Of a stretch of DNA of 64,000 bases, positions 26,108 through 38,204 are shown in pieces (the first letter of the stretch is position 1; every line of letters begins with the position of its first letter). Below the pieces are notes generated by a model. That model worked only from the letters and a program-made list of their open reading frames with translations, was not told the origin of the DNA and ran no database searches. The stretch is taken from positions 23,312,001 through 23,376,000 of the forward strand of contig NC_135663.1 in the NCBI RefSeq assembly GCF_964188315.1, given 5' to 3'. The translations under genes were made by a program, and so were the position numbers. Origin of the DNA: Podarcis muralis. Lineage: Eukaryota.

Positions 26108-27305
26108 GTAAGTACCACTGAATCCTTTTCTATCAACGAACCTTGCCATTCTGTACATGGAAAACATTAGAAGTCTCATGCAACACACAAAACTGTACAT
26201 AGCTATAACTGTAGTTTTGGTCACTCAAGGCCTGGGGGGACTTGTGCCATAGCTAAAACAGGTAAATCACGTGTGACTTTGGTTAAATGCTTTTTTAATG
26301 AAAGCATTTAACCAAAGATCTGGAAGGCAACGAATTGAGCAGGTTGCTGTGTTATGGAAAGTTTCTTCCACTTTACGACTGAATGAAACGAGGGACACGA
26401 AATAGATAAAGCGGTGTCTTTATTGGCTCCATTTCTATTTTCGAGTGCAAGCTTTTAAGTGGCACAATGCTCTTATCCATGAATTCACAGAGTCATCCCC
26501 TCGGTATTTATTGCTAAGCAACTGCAAAAATCAAATTAAAAATAACTTTTGATTCCTGCTTTATGGAATGTGCCCACCAAAACCAGACACGTTTAAAGCT
26601 CGTGGTGCTGTAAAGATGCTCCTCGTATGAGGAAGTATCTTTCGGAGAGCTGTATTGATACTGCATTTCTTTAATGCCAAGTTGACTTCATGCCGCAGAT
26701 GACACTTGCTGGCTTGCTCATTTCAGCATGCCTGCCAAGAAATACCCAGCACACTGTTTCATCTTTAGCACCAGGACTGAGGTTAATTATAGAGCTTGGG
26801 GTTGGTATTTGGACAAGTCTTGCTCTTCAGCCTCATAAACAGGAGCATTGCTGAGCAAAATAGTCTGTGAGTTTTGTTATCTTATGGCAGATGGACAAGT
26901 GCATTCCTTAATGGCTTTGGGAGTGATTTTGGCTTGGCTTCAGCAACTCCCAGCAGCACAGTTTGAGGCATGATAAGCTCTTCCCCTTGTTGAAACGACT
27001 ATCTGTTCCTTTTAAGTACATGTTGCAGATATGAAGGCTTGATAAATTGGGACAGAAGAAACAAAACACAAACAAAAGGTTTAAGGAAAATGAAGTCACA
27101 ATCTGGGAACGTACAATTCTTGTTGAAATAAAGAGGAACCATACTGCAATTCCCATTCATTTCAAGGGTGCTCATGCAGGCACTGTTCGCAGTGTGACCA
27201 AAAGATTGCTTCTGTGTTGGCATTACTAAAAAGTCTCTCCTTTCTGTCTGTTTTTGGAAAAGAATATTGTGTTGTAAGCATCTTTCAGTTTAATGTATCC
27301 AAGTA

Positions 27306-27496
27306 CAGTTGTACCTCAGGTTACAGACGCTTCAGGTTACAGAACTTTGCTTCAGGATGAGAACAGAAATCATACAGCGGCAGTGCAGTGGCAGCGGGAG
27401 GCCCCATTAGCTAAAGTGGTACCTCAGATTTAGAATAGTTTCAGGTTAAGAACGGACCTCCGGAACAAATTAAGTTCTTAACCTGAGGTATCACTG
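27306..27496 (-). mobile_element. Tigger/pogo-like MITE, family A (inverted, internally deleted)
   Basis: TIRs, TA TSD, reverse complement of the shared body. Confidence 0.88.
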
Positions 27497-27659
27497 TAAA
27501 AGAATAAGTTATAAGTACATTTGTACAGATAAAAGTATTTCCAACGCTCTGGCTGACCATTCAAGTGGTCTATATTGTAATGTGCTTGTGGCAGTAAAGC
27601 CACAGTGTGATTGGCAGCCAGGGTAGCATGATGGCATGGAGTGCTCACAGGTTCTAAGG

Positions 27660-27985
27660 CAGGGGTCAGCAACCTTTTTCAGCTGTGGGATGGTCCACTG
27701 TCCCTCAGACCATGTGGTGGGCTGAACTATTTTTTTTTGGGGGGGGGGGAATGAACGAATTCCTATGCCCCCAAAATAACCCAGAGATGCATTTTAAATA
27801 AAAGCACACCTTCTACTCATGTAAAAACAGCAGGCGGGCCCCACAAATAACCCAGAGGTGCATTTTAAATAAAAGGACACATTCTACTCATGTAAAAACA
27901 CACTGATTCCCGGACCATCCGCGGACCGGATTGAGAAGGCAATTGGGCCGCATCCGGCCCAAGGGCCTTAGGTTGCCTACCCCTG
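27660..27985 (+). mobile_element. Non-autonomous hAT-type DNA transposon with internal tandem duplication
   Basis: Ends caggggt...acccctg. Perfect 8-bp TSD ttctaagg at 27652-27659 and 27986-27993. Confidence 0.9.
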
Positions 27986-29673
27986 TTCTAAGGGTTCACC
28001 TCTGAAAAAGCAGCCCATCTTCCCAGTTTGGCTGGGATTTTGTCCTTTTGCAGGTTCTAAGGAGAGGAGCTGCTTCACGCCACAAGTTTGAAATTGTGCA
28101 GGGAAGCTAAGGAGTAGGAAATGCAAATGCACGAAGGAAAAGGGGAAAGGAGGCAGTGGAATGAGTTTAAGAAGTCGGAGGGTAGCTACATAAAAGAGGA
28201 AGAAGGTGGAGGAAAAGGGAATTGTCATAGAAAGGAGCAAGTGAGAGAGGATGCTTGGAAGAAATTGCCCAGTACTTAAGGAAGTCATATGGGTGAAGGA
28301 GCATAGGGCGATAGGTGTGCCATGCAAAGGCCACATATCATCCTTGCAGAAATGTCAGGTACTCAGTATACATGCCTTGACATTCTGAGTTACAGATATA
28401 CGCAAGTCAAGGCAACATTAACCAAATGCTATCCTTTAGTTGATATACATGGAAGCAAAGGCACAGCTGTGTGTTCTGCACACGAGATTCCTTTCATGCC
28501 CTAGATGCTAACAATTTGTTAAGCATTCCTATGGTGGCTGCCCTAAGGCCTTATTCTTTCCAGAGAGCCCAGGGCCAGTTTATGTTGCCTTTTATTAACT
28601 TAACTCGAGGGCTGTTTTTTAAAAAATAGCGTGGACAATGAAATAAAGCTTTAAATTTAAGTATTAGGTGGATATTGCCTGGCAAGGCACGCCTCTCTCT
28701 CTCTCCCCCCACGCTCTAACCAACTGAGCCAACTGAATTCCAAGTAGCGTTAAAGGAGAAAGTTAAACTTTTCAGAACAGTCGCCCTCCCTCCAGCTACT
28801 TTTTGTTCAAGAAGGATTGCGCCCAGTCCTGAACAAACTACTTAAATAAACTGCTAACTTTGTGTAATTTGGACCAAAATAATTCAGAGCAGTGATTTCC
28901 CCCCTAGAAAATATTTTTTATTCGGCTCACACCCTGCTTTCTTTTCTGACAAGATTATCGCCCAATTATGGCTTGAAATTAAAAGGCACACTGTATAAAG
29001 GCACATCAATTGCCAGGGATCTTCTTGTGCCTGACAGTCAATGACGTAGTCCAGGATAAAAGCATGTTGGCTAATAGGGAAAAAAAGCCAACCCACAGAA
29101 TCTGTCCTGAGCAGAAGGACAATCAAAGGCAGCTACTTTTCTGCAGGTATTTTTGAGCAGGTTAACTGCGCAACTCTTTTTATTTGATTTTTTGAAAAGT
29201 TTTGTTTGTCGTTTTTTGCTATTTTAATTGGTGATGACTAATGGCGGGTTTTATGATTTTCTTTTTTGTTTAATGTTCATACTATAATCATGTTTTGCTA
29301 CAAACTGCCTTGAGGACCCTGTTAGCAGCACATAAATCTTTTTTTAAAAAAAATCATAACCGTTAAATAATAGGAATGTACAACATAAGCTCAAAACTAG
29401 CACTGTAATTAACTTTATCTAAAGATACCATAAACAGGTGCCTTCTCAGTTTAGACAGAAAATTTGTGCAGGGCATGTGATGGGAATCTTTTCTTCTGTA
29501 TTCAAAACCCATTTGCCTAGACAATTTCTTACTAAATTGTTAGATAAAATAACTCATTTGGTTATAATCTCTGTAAGAAGGATTTTAGATTCTGTCCCCT
29601 TTACATTTTCAGTTTCATGCCTTCAGTCTGGACCAGTTTGGGGAGTTTTATTTGAGATGTGTCCTTGGCCAAC

Positions 29674-29717
<44 letters not shown>

Positions 29718-30143
29718 GTGTACCTGAAGATCACAGGGTGGTTTACAGTATAAAAATACAAAATGAAAATACAAAATAATATCTTAACAACAACAGCAAC
29801 CAATAACACCCACCTCTCACAAACACATTTAAAATGCTATGGTTTGTTTAATCAGCCAAATGCCTGGCTATAGAGGAATGTTTTTGCCTGGTGCCTAAAG
29901 ATATGTAGTGAAGGTGCCAGGCAAGCCTCCCTGGGGAGAGCATTCCACAGACAGGGAGCCACCACAGAAAAGGCCTATTCTCATGTGCTACACACTGGAA
30001 CTCTTGTGGAGGGGGCACATGAAGAAGGACCTCAGATGATGAATGTAGGATCCAATCAATTCTTATGGGGAGAGGCGGTCCTTGAGGTACTGCAGTCCTG
30101 AGCCATTTAAGTCTTTAGGGGTCAAAATCAGGACTCTTAATTC
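29674..30143 (-). mobile_element. L2 LINE 3' end (subfamily B) with (AAT)n tail
   Basis: Reads (ATT)n then the RC of an L2 3' region. Homologous to 61804-62010. Confidence 0.75.
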
Positions 30144-31177
30144 TAAATTCAATGAGCATTCCATGCCCACTAATCCCACTCACTAAGCTTTTGTGTTGTC
30201 TTAAAGATTTTCAGTATTGCCATTCTCCTGAGACCTGCTGATATCTCCTCCTTGTGTGCAGATGGCAGTTTTGAGTACGTAAGGATCAGCAGTCGAGAAT
30301 GAGTTTTCTGTTAGCTCATAGGGTGGTTGTGTTTCCTTTTCTGCATCCTCTCTCTCAAGAAAGTCCTAATTTAACACTCTCTTTAATCCCGTGGCTGATA
30401 CTTAGTGTTCAGGTTTTCTGACAGCATTGAGTAAGCTTCTTTTTGCCCCGTTGAATCAACTTGAAACCGAGACCCTTAATCATGGCTTACCACAATGCAA
30501 CTCTTTCCCAACCAAATTCAGCCACTGGCAAATAGATAAAAGCATTCAAGATTAAAAGGCAGAGTGAAAAATTGGTTTTAATTAGCCCTTCAAAATATTC
30601 TGTTCCCACTCCCTCCTCTTGGCACTCCTGTTTTCTAGAGATCTTTATTTACTTTTTGTTAATTTTTTGGAATTAATATGCTGCCCTGGCAAGCCAAGCA
30701 TTTCCACCACAACTCCACCCTTCTGCCAAAGAATGCAGAAAACATCAAAATTACATTTAATGAACATAATAGGTTGAAATAAATGGGAAATTTAAACAGT
30801 TTCTCATTAGGATTTTTGTCACCTACTTTTAATTTATATGAATTGTGCATATATTGGGAGATCTGTCACAGGATTCCCCATCCATCCTTATTTGTTGCAA
30901 AGTTAGAGTTCTGTGTTCAGATGAATTAGTTCTGCCTTCAGTTTTAACAAAAATGTGTCTAAGGGAGGAAAGAGCTAAAAAAATGAAGGGCAATGAAAGC
31001 TTTTATTAAATGAAGGCTAACTTGTATAAATACAATGGCTGTATTGTTTATTTGTCAACCTTATTTTGAAAGCCAAACATGCTATGCAGAGATAATAAGG
31101 GGATAAAATGGCATTCAGATGTCATATAGAATTGTTTAAAAAAATTAAAACAATATGGCTAGATATCTATGATTATA

Positions 31178-31411
31178 CAGTGGTACCTCTGGTTATGAAC
31201 TTAATTCGTTCTGGGCGTCTGTTCTTAACCTGAAACTGTTCTTAACCTGAGGTACCACTTTAGCTAATGGGGCCTCCCACTGCCACCACCACACGATTTC
31301 TATTCTCATCCTGAGGTAAAGTTCTTAACCCGAGGTACTATTTATGGATTAGCAGAGTCTGTAACCTGAAGTGTTTGTAACCTGAGGTATTTGTAACCTG
31401 ATATACCACTG
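31178..31411 (+). mobile_element. Tigger/pogo-like MITE, family A
   Basis: TIRs, TA TSD. Confidence 0.88.
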
Positions 31412-31522
31412 TACAGCGGTCACAGTAAATCTTCTGGTACATAACTCATTTCTTTGAAAATGTGCAAGAAATAACTTTATTGGTTCTTTCCCCGCTATAT
31501 CCACTCAAGATACATAGCAACA

Positions 31523-31524
<2 letters not shown>

Positions 31525-31574
<50 letters not shown>

Positions 31575-31906
31575 TTATTTGTCCCCCGCCCATCTAGCTG
31601 GGTTTCCCCAGCCACTCTGGGTAGCTTCCAACAAAGACCAAAAATACACTAAAATGTCACACATTTAAAACTTCCCTGAACAGGGCTGCCTTCAGATGTC
31701 TTCTGAATGTCAGGTAGTTGGTTACATCTTTGACATCTGATGGGACGGCATTCCACAGGGCGGGCGCCACTACCAAGAAGGCCCTCTGCCTGGTTCCCTG
31801 TAGCTTTGCTTCTTGCAATGAGGGAACCGCTAGAAGGCCCTCAGCGCCAGACCTCAGCGTCCTGGCAGAATGATGGGGGTGGAGACGCTCCTTCGGGTAT
31901 ACTGGG
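31525..31906 (-). mobile_element. L2 LINE 3' end (subfamily A)
   Basis: Minus ORF ...RQRAFLVVAPALWNAVPSDVK...FRRHLKAALF is an L2 ORF2 C-terminus. Trinucleotide tail. Confidence 0.88.
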
Positions 31907-33029
31907 CTCATGTGCAGAGTATATTCTATGAAAGCCATATCTCAAGTAGTATCCTTTGCAACATTCCTTCAGTTAGAATTCACATACACAAAAGGCATTT
32001 GACCACATTTCTTCTCCCTAGTTAAAGGTTTTAACCAGTTAAGATTGCATCCAGTGGGGCAATAAAACTGCTAGCACAATTGCAAAGCTAAGCAGGGTCC
32101 AGGATGGTTTCAAAGTGGCTGAGGGACCGCATGTTGAGATTCCTGCATTGCAGGGGGTTGGTCAGTTTCAACAAGGAGTGGTTTAAAGCAGGCTTTTCCT
32201 TTGGGGATTGTGTTGAAGTGGAGAGCATCCTCCGCTTTGCCTTGGTCAACCAATATACACCTGACTTGTTTATGTGAGGGAAGAGCCATAGCTTAGTGGT
32301 AAACCCTTGAATGCGGACGGCCTCTGGTTTGATCCTTAGAATCTATGGGTAGGGCTGGGGGTGCCCCAGGATGCCCGAAACCCCAGAGAGCTACACGTAA
32401 GTCAGTGTAGACAATACTGATCTGTCCAGTGGTCTGACTCAGTACACGGCATCTTCCTATGATTCTTGCAACTAGATCCTGCACACAACCAGTTGGACAC
32501 AAGCCAGCAGAATGCAGGCTTTTCAAATGATTTCTGTACACCTGGTAATCATGTGTACCTACTGGATTTGAAAGTGGGTCTTGTCTGCAAAAGGCTCATG
32601 ACAAAACTGATTACTTTTTCTAAGATGCCACCGCTCTAAAAAGGTTGCATTGCAGTAGCAGCATCTCTGTGTTTCGAAATGCTGCCACGATAACAATTGC
32701 TATGTCAGGGATAGGAAAGGAGGAGAAGGAGACAGTAGAAGTTTTCTATGGGGGCAAAGTCTGCTAAGTTCGAAACGTCGTTGAGCTTTTTCAACTTACC
32801 GGTACCTTTGACAGAAACCAGATAAACGTTACTGTATAAGTTGTTGAGTGGGGGCTATAAATCCATATATGAAAGGCGATTAAATAGATTGAATTTTCCA
32901 GGAGCATAAAGCATTCCCTCCTTATTTATTTATTTAATGTTAAAGTTGGAATTACTCAGTGGCCTACTTCCTTATCTACTGCATTCATTCCTTCTAAATA
33001 GCTTCTTCTTTTTTCTCTCCTTCCCCCAG

Positions 33030-33125
33030 TTCCACGCCAGCCTGGAGTGAGCAATAATCTCTTTGAAACATTTGAAATTGAAAGAGGGATTAGTGCCGAT
33101 GACGACGAAGCGAATGATGATCCAG
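33030..33125 (+). CDS. NPNT: NPNT exon with integrin alpha8beta1 auxiliary motif, IPRQPGVSNNLFETFEIERGISADDDEANDDP
   Basis: Long polypyrimidine tract then ccag|TTCCA...CCAG|gtggcc. 96 nt, phase 1-1. Confidence 0.93.
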
Positions 33126-33995
33126 GTGGCCACCACAGTTCTCACATCTTCTTTTAATTGTGTTTCTTGTTGGCTTATGGTGTGTGCGTGCAACATTTTT
33201 ACTCCTTTCATTTGCAATGCGATCCTTGAGTCAACTGGCCTACAATCTGGCGCTGAGACACACCGCCCTTCAGACCCATTTACTTTAAGCTCTGAGCCCT
33301 GATTGTGACCTGCCTCCCAGTCTGATGCCCCTGCAGTCCCCAGCTCTTGTGTCCAGATCACTACCGGATACAGGGGTCATCATGACACTTTTTGGTGCCA
33401 CCTATGAAAATGGACTAAGGAGCCCCTTAAGGTTCAAGGGTTTGAAGACACCTCTTTGCTGAATCTAAGCAGGGCTGGTCAGTGCCTGGGCCACCTGGGA
33501 ACCATACACATGTCACCTTGGATTCCATGAAGGGGGGAAAATGAAATAAAATTGATTAAATATTTTACCAGTATTCTCCAACTGCTAGTAATACAGAGTG
33601 AATCTGTGTTATAGGCTGCAGCTGATGCTGCTATGTGTGTGCTGCATTTTCCTGCAGCAAATACAACTGTTGGGGAAAACATAGTCACCATTAGTATTTG
33701 TGTTTGCCATAAAAATATGGGCCACATTTTCTAGCAATACAAGTGCGCTAGGGACAGTTCTTACAAAACAAAACACAACAAAACAAAACACAAAACAAAA
33801 CAAAACACACCCACAATAGCGAAGCCTTAATAAAACCCATAGGCCCAACTTTCTCTTTGCAGATCTGATTTGATCACTCCTGCCCCCCCCCCCCAACATT
33901 GGCTATAAATTCTAACCAACCAGCTTTAGGCTGAAAAGTTCACCAGCTCCAACAGTCAAGACCTTACGCTCTTTTTTTTGACCTTTGATCTGCAG

Positions 33996-34094
33996 GTGTT
34001 CTGGTTCACAGCTGTAACTTTGATGGTGGCCTGTGTGGGTGGATGAAGGAGAAAGACGATGATTTGCACTGGGAACCTGTGAAAGATGCCTCAG
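33996..34094 (+). CDS. NPNT: NPNT exon, MAM domain start VLVHSCNFDGGLCGWMKEKDDDLHWEPVKDAS
   Basis: ctgcag|GTGTT...TCAG|gtattg. 99 nt, phase 1-1. Carries the MAM signature CxFDxxxCGW. Confidence 0.96.
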
Positions 34095-35385
34095 GTATTG
34101 CTTGATTTCCTTGGATTTAGTTCAAGCCTGTTTTATCACCAAAGTTTGAGGGGCAAGAAACAAGCAATCTGAACAGCCACACATTAGTGTAGTTAGGTAA
34201 TTTTCTACTCCAGGCTTAAAGATTTTATGGAGAGGAGGTAATGTGTGGGGCTGATTCCAGGTTATTTTGGGGGGGGGGGGTTCTTTAGTAGGAATTGACA
34301 GGTGTCAATTTCTTTTTCTCTCAGTTTCTCATTTTTTCTAGTCTTAAATTTGCTTTACCACATTTCATGGAATTTCCTTATGACAATTCACCACAATTTT
34401 AGTGTGCATTTCTCCTAAGATACTCAGGATATTTAAGCCCAGAAGCATGTGGGTCTCTCATCTATCTGTTGCTACAAGCAGCTAGACATTCACAGTAACT
34501 GGTGTCTCTGACATACAGGACACATCTAGCCAGTTCAATAATGCTTAAAAGAGTATCATGTTTCAAAATAGGATGTTCTTTGAGATAGACATCTGTACTG
34601 AAACTCTGCATGTGTATGTATAAGACTTGCTTACATGCATGGATCTTTCTTGCTTGTATGTTTGATTGTTTTTTCTATTACCACTTTCATATAAAAACTA
34701 TGTATCCTGTCATGAACTCCACCCCCAACTTCGAAACACTTAATAAAATGAGATCAAAATAAAGAAATCCACATTAATGTTTATGTGGCACGAAGTCTCA
34801 TTCAGCAGAGTTTTGACTTCTTGCATGAAAGGCCCCATGAAATAAGTGATTGATACTACATGCTTTTTGATTTTGGCTCTTCTGAGTGGTGCCAGTCTTC
34901 TGGTTTTCATTTAGCAGCTGATGACTTTTGAACAGATAATATCCCAGAGAGGAAGAGGTGCATGAATGACTTCAAATGAATCCCACATGCTTGGCAGCAA
35001 GGGAATGGACATCAGGGAGTACTGGGGTCTTATTCCATGTTTATTGCGTTTGGGGCAATTTTTACAAAAATGGACATGCTGTTTTTTAAAAAAAATAATA
35101 ATGGGTGGGAATCCAAGGCTGTAATCATATGCACATTTACTAGGGAGCAAGACTCAGAGAACTAAGTGAGTCTCCCATGATGAGTTGTAGACAGTAAGTT
35201 CAGGCCATACATCCAAGCAATTTATCAGTGAACAATCTGAGTTAAGCAAGGGAGGATTGTCTAGTACGTCTTTGATTATTAACACTGTTCTGTTGCTGCT
35301 GCTCTTTATTTGTGCAGCAAGAGAACTAAAGAATTATAGAAAGCCGGCATAAGGTCTGTTGACATGTGTCACACTAGGATAAGTT

Positions 35386-35731
35386 AAAAAGGTAAAGGGA
35401 CCCCTGACCATTAGGTCCAGTCATGACCGACTGTGGGGTTGGGGCGCTCATCTCACTTTATTGGCCAAGGAAGCCAGCGTACATCTTCCGGGTCATGTGG
35501 CCAGCATGACTAAGCCGCTTCTGGCGAACCAGAGCAGCGCACGGAAACACCGTTTACCTTCCCGCCGGAGCGGTACCTATTTATCTACTTGCACTTTGAC
35601 GTGCTTTCGAACTGCTAGGTTGGCAGGAGCAGGAACTGAGCAACGGGAGCTCACCCCGTCGCAGGGATTCAAACCGCCGACCTTCTGATCGGCAAGTCCT
35701 AGGCTCTGTGGTTTAACCCACAGCGTTACTC
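35386..35731 (-). mobile_element. Sauria-type SINE
   Basis: Reverse complement of the shared body; aaggtaaagg tail at the left end. Confidence 0.9.
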
Positions 35732-36021
35732 CTATTCCAAACTGCATTCAGAAGGAATTTGACTTACACTACCTTTTTTGCTGGTTACATTATGCTGGGA
35801 TTATCAGACTACAACCTTCCAGCCAGGTTAAAACGCTCAGAGTGCAAAGCATTTTCAGTGAGTGGTTGTGACCTGTTCAGAGCACCAGACAGAGATTCCT
35901 AGATGGCCACATTTGGCCCCAAAGCCTGAAGTTTCCAACTTGTGCTTTAGTTTAAGCTTGATGACTATGAGCATTTTGAGTCAAACATTTTCTTTCTTTC
36001 TCTTTCTCTCTATTATTATAG

Positions 36022-36278
36022 GAGGACAGTATTTATCTGTCTCTGAACCCAAAGGAAAATCGGGACACGTTGCACGCTTGGTCCTTCCTCTTGGCCATTT
36101 AGGTCACTTGGGGGATCTGTGTCTGTCCTTCAGGCATAAAGTGTCTGGGATCCATTCTGGTTTACTTCAAGTCTTTGTGAGAAAGGCAGGGGCTCACGGA
36201 CCAGCGGTTTGGGGAAGGAATGGTGGTCATGGCTGGAGGCAAACACAAATAAGTCTGCAAGGATCTGGCATCAAGAGT
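36022..36278 (+). CDS. NPNT: NPNT exon, MAM domain core GQYLSVSEPKGKSGHVARLVLP...WRQTQISLQGSGIKS
   Basis: ttatag|GAGGA...AGAGT|gtgagt. 257 nt, phase 1-0. Lies within ORF 35862..36341. Confidence 0.96.
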
Positions 36279-37989
36279 GTGAGTATCATTCTTGGGTGCA
36301 TGAAAAAGAGAGTTCCTGAGAATGATATTATTCTTTATTGAACTCCATATGGGTTAAACTATTATGTTGTAAAATGTGGCTACTGGGTTTGAATCCCTGA
36401 GATTCCTGGGTATGGTTAATAATAATATAAAAAGTTAAAAATTAAGCTTTCCTTCCCAGACATAGAATAATTGCCATTCTCAGTTTGGCCACAGGAAACT
36501 GTGGCTTAACAAACCACAATGTCTCCTCCATAGCCAGGTATGCAAGAGGAGAAGAAAGGCAGAAGAGGGAAAACTCAGCCATAGCTGCAATAAACAGTGG
36601 TTTGTTGGTGTGCCTGTGCTTTTAAGTAATTCGGGGTTCTCTTTTAGTGTTGTGGTGTTTCAGACCCTTTTGTTACTTTCATCCTTGTGATCACGTGGAG
36701 CTAAAAAAATATTAGATTATAACAAGAGCACATGGCTGCCTGTGGCCCATGTGTTATCCAGTCTCTCCTAATTACCATAGATGACAGCATTCCTGTTGTA
36801 CTTCAAAAGCAGTCATCAACTTCCTCACTGTTGGGAGAAAGCCATGTTGGCAGGAAGTGGAGATCTCCCTGAAATAGAATGTTTCCCTTCGCTGTTGCCA
36901 TTAAACAAGAGGCATTGTCATAGTTAAGACCAAACTCAGGTTGCATGAGCCATGAAGATGGTGGCAGTTCTCACGGTTTCTGTAAGAGCAGGGATTGTAT
37001 CAGTGTCTTTGGAGAGTTTGAGCCAGATGCACTGAGAAGACAGATGATCAGAACTGGAGTCATGGTTAGATTTTACCCTTATTATTTTATTGATTTATTA
37101 ATATACCACCTTCAGTTACAACAACAGCAGGGTGGTTTGCAACATGATAAAACAAATCAAATTTGTGTGTGTATAGATGCATGCACACACAAACCGCAAC
37201 ATCCATGAAGCAGCAAAACTGGCCTTAAAATAAACCTTGGTGTATTGGTGAAATGCAAACACTGTTGACACCTGCTTCATCAAGCCAAAGGTAATCTAAT
37301 CCAGCATTTTCTTCTTTGAGTATCCAACCTGATGCCTAGGGTTGGCATACAAACTGATGCTTTCTATGCAAAATCTCCAAAAAATAAAAAAGATGATGTT
37401 TTGGAGCTATTTTTATGGAAATTCACCAAAAAAAACCCCAACACTTCCAACATGGGTTGCCATACAACTGGGTTTCCCATGATATTTTAACCAATTTTGG
37501 GGAATTCTGCCCAGATGCTATTTCCAACACTCACAACCCATATTTGCCCCAGACATATGGCAGCCCTGCTACAAGTACAACAGCATTTTCTGCACTTAGG
37601 ATTCTGAGCAGCTGGTATTCATAGGCATACTGGATTTGACATTTGAGGAAAGTCCACTCTAGACACCACCAAGAAGGCCCTTCTCCATATGATCATGTGA
37701 TGTATTTCTGGAGGATGTGGCATGATCAGGAGGACCTTTTCTGATTATCAAAGTGGTGCTGATCTAGCTCTACCAGAGGCAGCTTCTAAGAAAATGCTAT
37801 ATAAGTGTGACTTGAGAGTTCATTTTACTGTCAGAATACAGGTGATACAGTCTAACCTATGTGTTCATGGTAAAATAACCTCTTGTCTTTCACCAATACA
37901 CACATTTTCCTACACTGGGATGATAGCTGTGCTACAGTTTGGTTCATACAATAAACTTACAGTTCACCATAGTGGGGGCTATTGGGTTG

Positions 37990-38093
37990 TTGTGTTTTTT
38001 TTATGTATTTTGTGGTTATATATCTTGATTTTATTCTGTGAACTGCCCTGAGACCCCCGGGTATTGGGCGGTATATAAATTTAATAAATAAAT
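37990..38093 (+). mobile_element. L2-type 3' tail remnant next to the last NPNT acceptor
   Basis: gtgaactgccctgag...gggcggtatataaatttaataaataaat resembles the sense-strand L2 terminus. The 5' boundary is approximate. Confidence 0.6.
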
Positions 38094-38108
38094 ATTTTTC
38101 TCCCCCAG

Positions 38109-38204
38109 GTTATTTTCAAAGGTGAGAAAGGAAAAGGAAGAACTGGGGAAATTGGATTGGATGATGTGAGCTTGAGGAAAGGCCTGTGTTCTCAAGACCA
38201 CTAG
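38109..38204 (+). CDS. NPNT: NPNT terminal coding exon VIFKGEKGKGRTGEIGLDDVSLRKGLCSQDH*
   Basis: ttctcccccag|GTTATT...CAC TAG. Phase 0, MAM C-terminal motif GxIxLDDV...C. Confidence 0.96.
   Translation, partial: VIFKGEKGKGRTGEIGLDDVSLRKGLCSQDH

Larger units (their letters stand above)
1574..38204 (+). other. NPNT: Nephronectin gene, 5'-partial (exons 1-2 upstream of window)
   Basis: The spliced exons give 5 EGF-like repeats, a Pro/Thr linker, RGD, an LFExFEIER motif and a MAM domain. Peptides such as [25 protein letters not shown] and PQKPRGDVF match nephronectin as recalled. Core exon lengths 93+120+120+135+123+465+96+99+257+96 keep one frame to a TAG. Confidence 0.97.

Noticed and set aside
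25561-26136. Long minus-strand ORFs (191 aa and 148 aa)
   Set aside because: They are antisense shadows of the Pro/Thr-rich NPNT exon, whose codons lack reverse-strand stops.
4591-38204. Paralogue EGFL6 (same EGF-RGD-MAM layout) instead of NPNT
   Set aside because: The EGF peptides, the PQKPRGDVF context, the Pro/Thr linker and the LFExFEIER exon match nephronectin as recalled.
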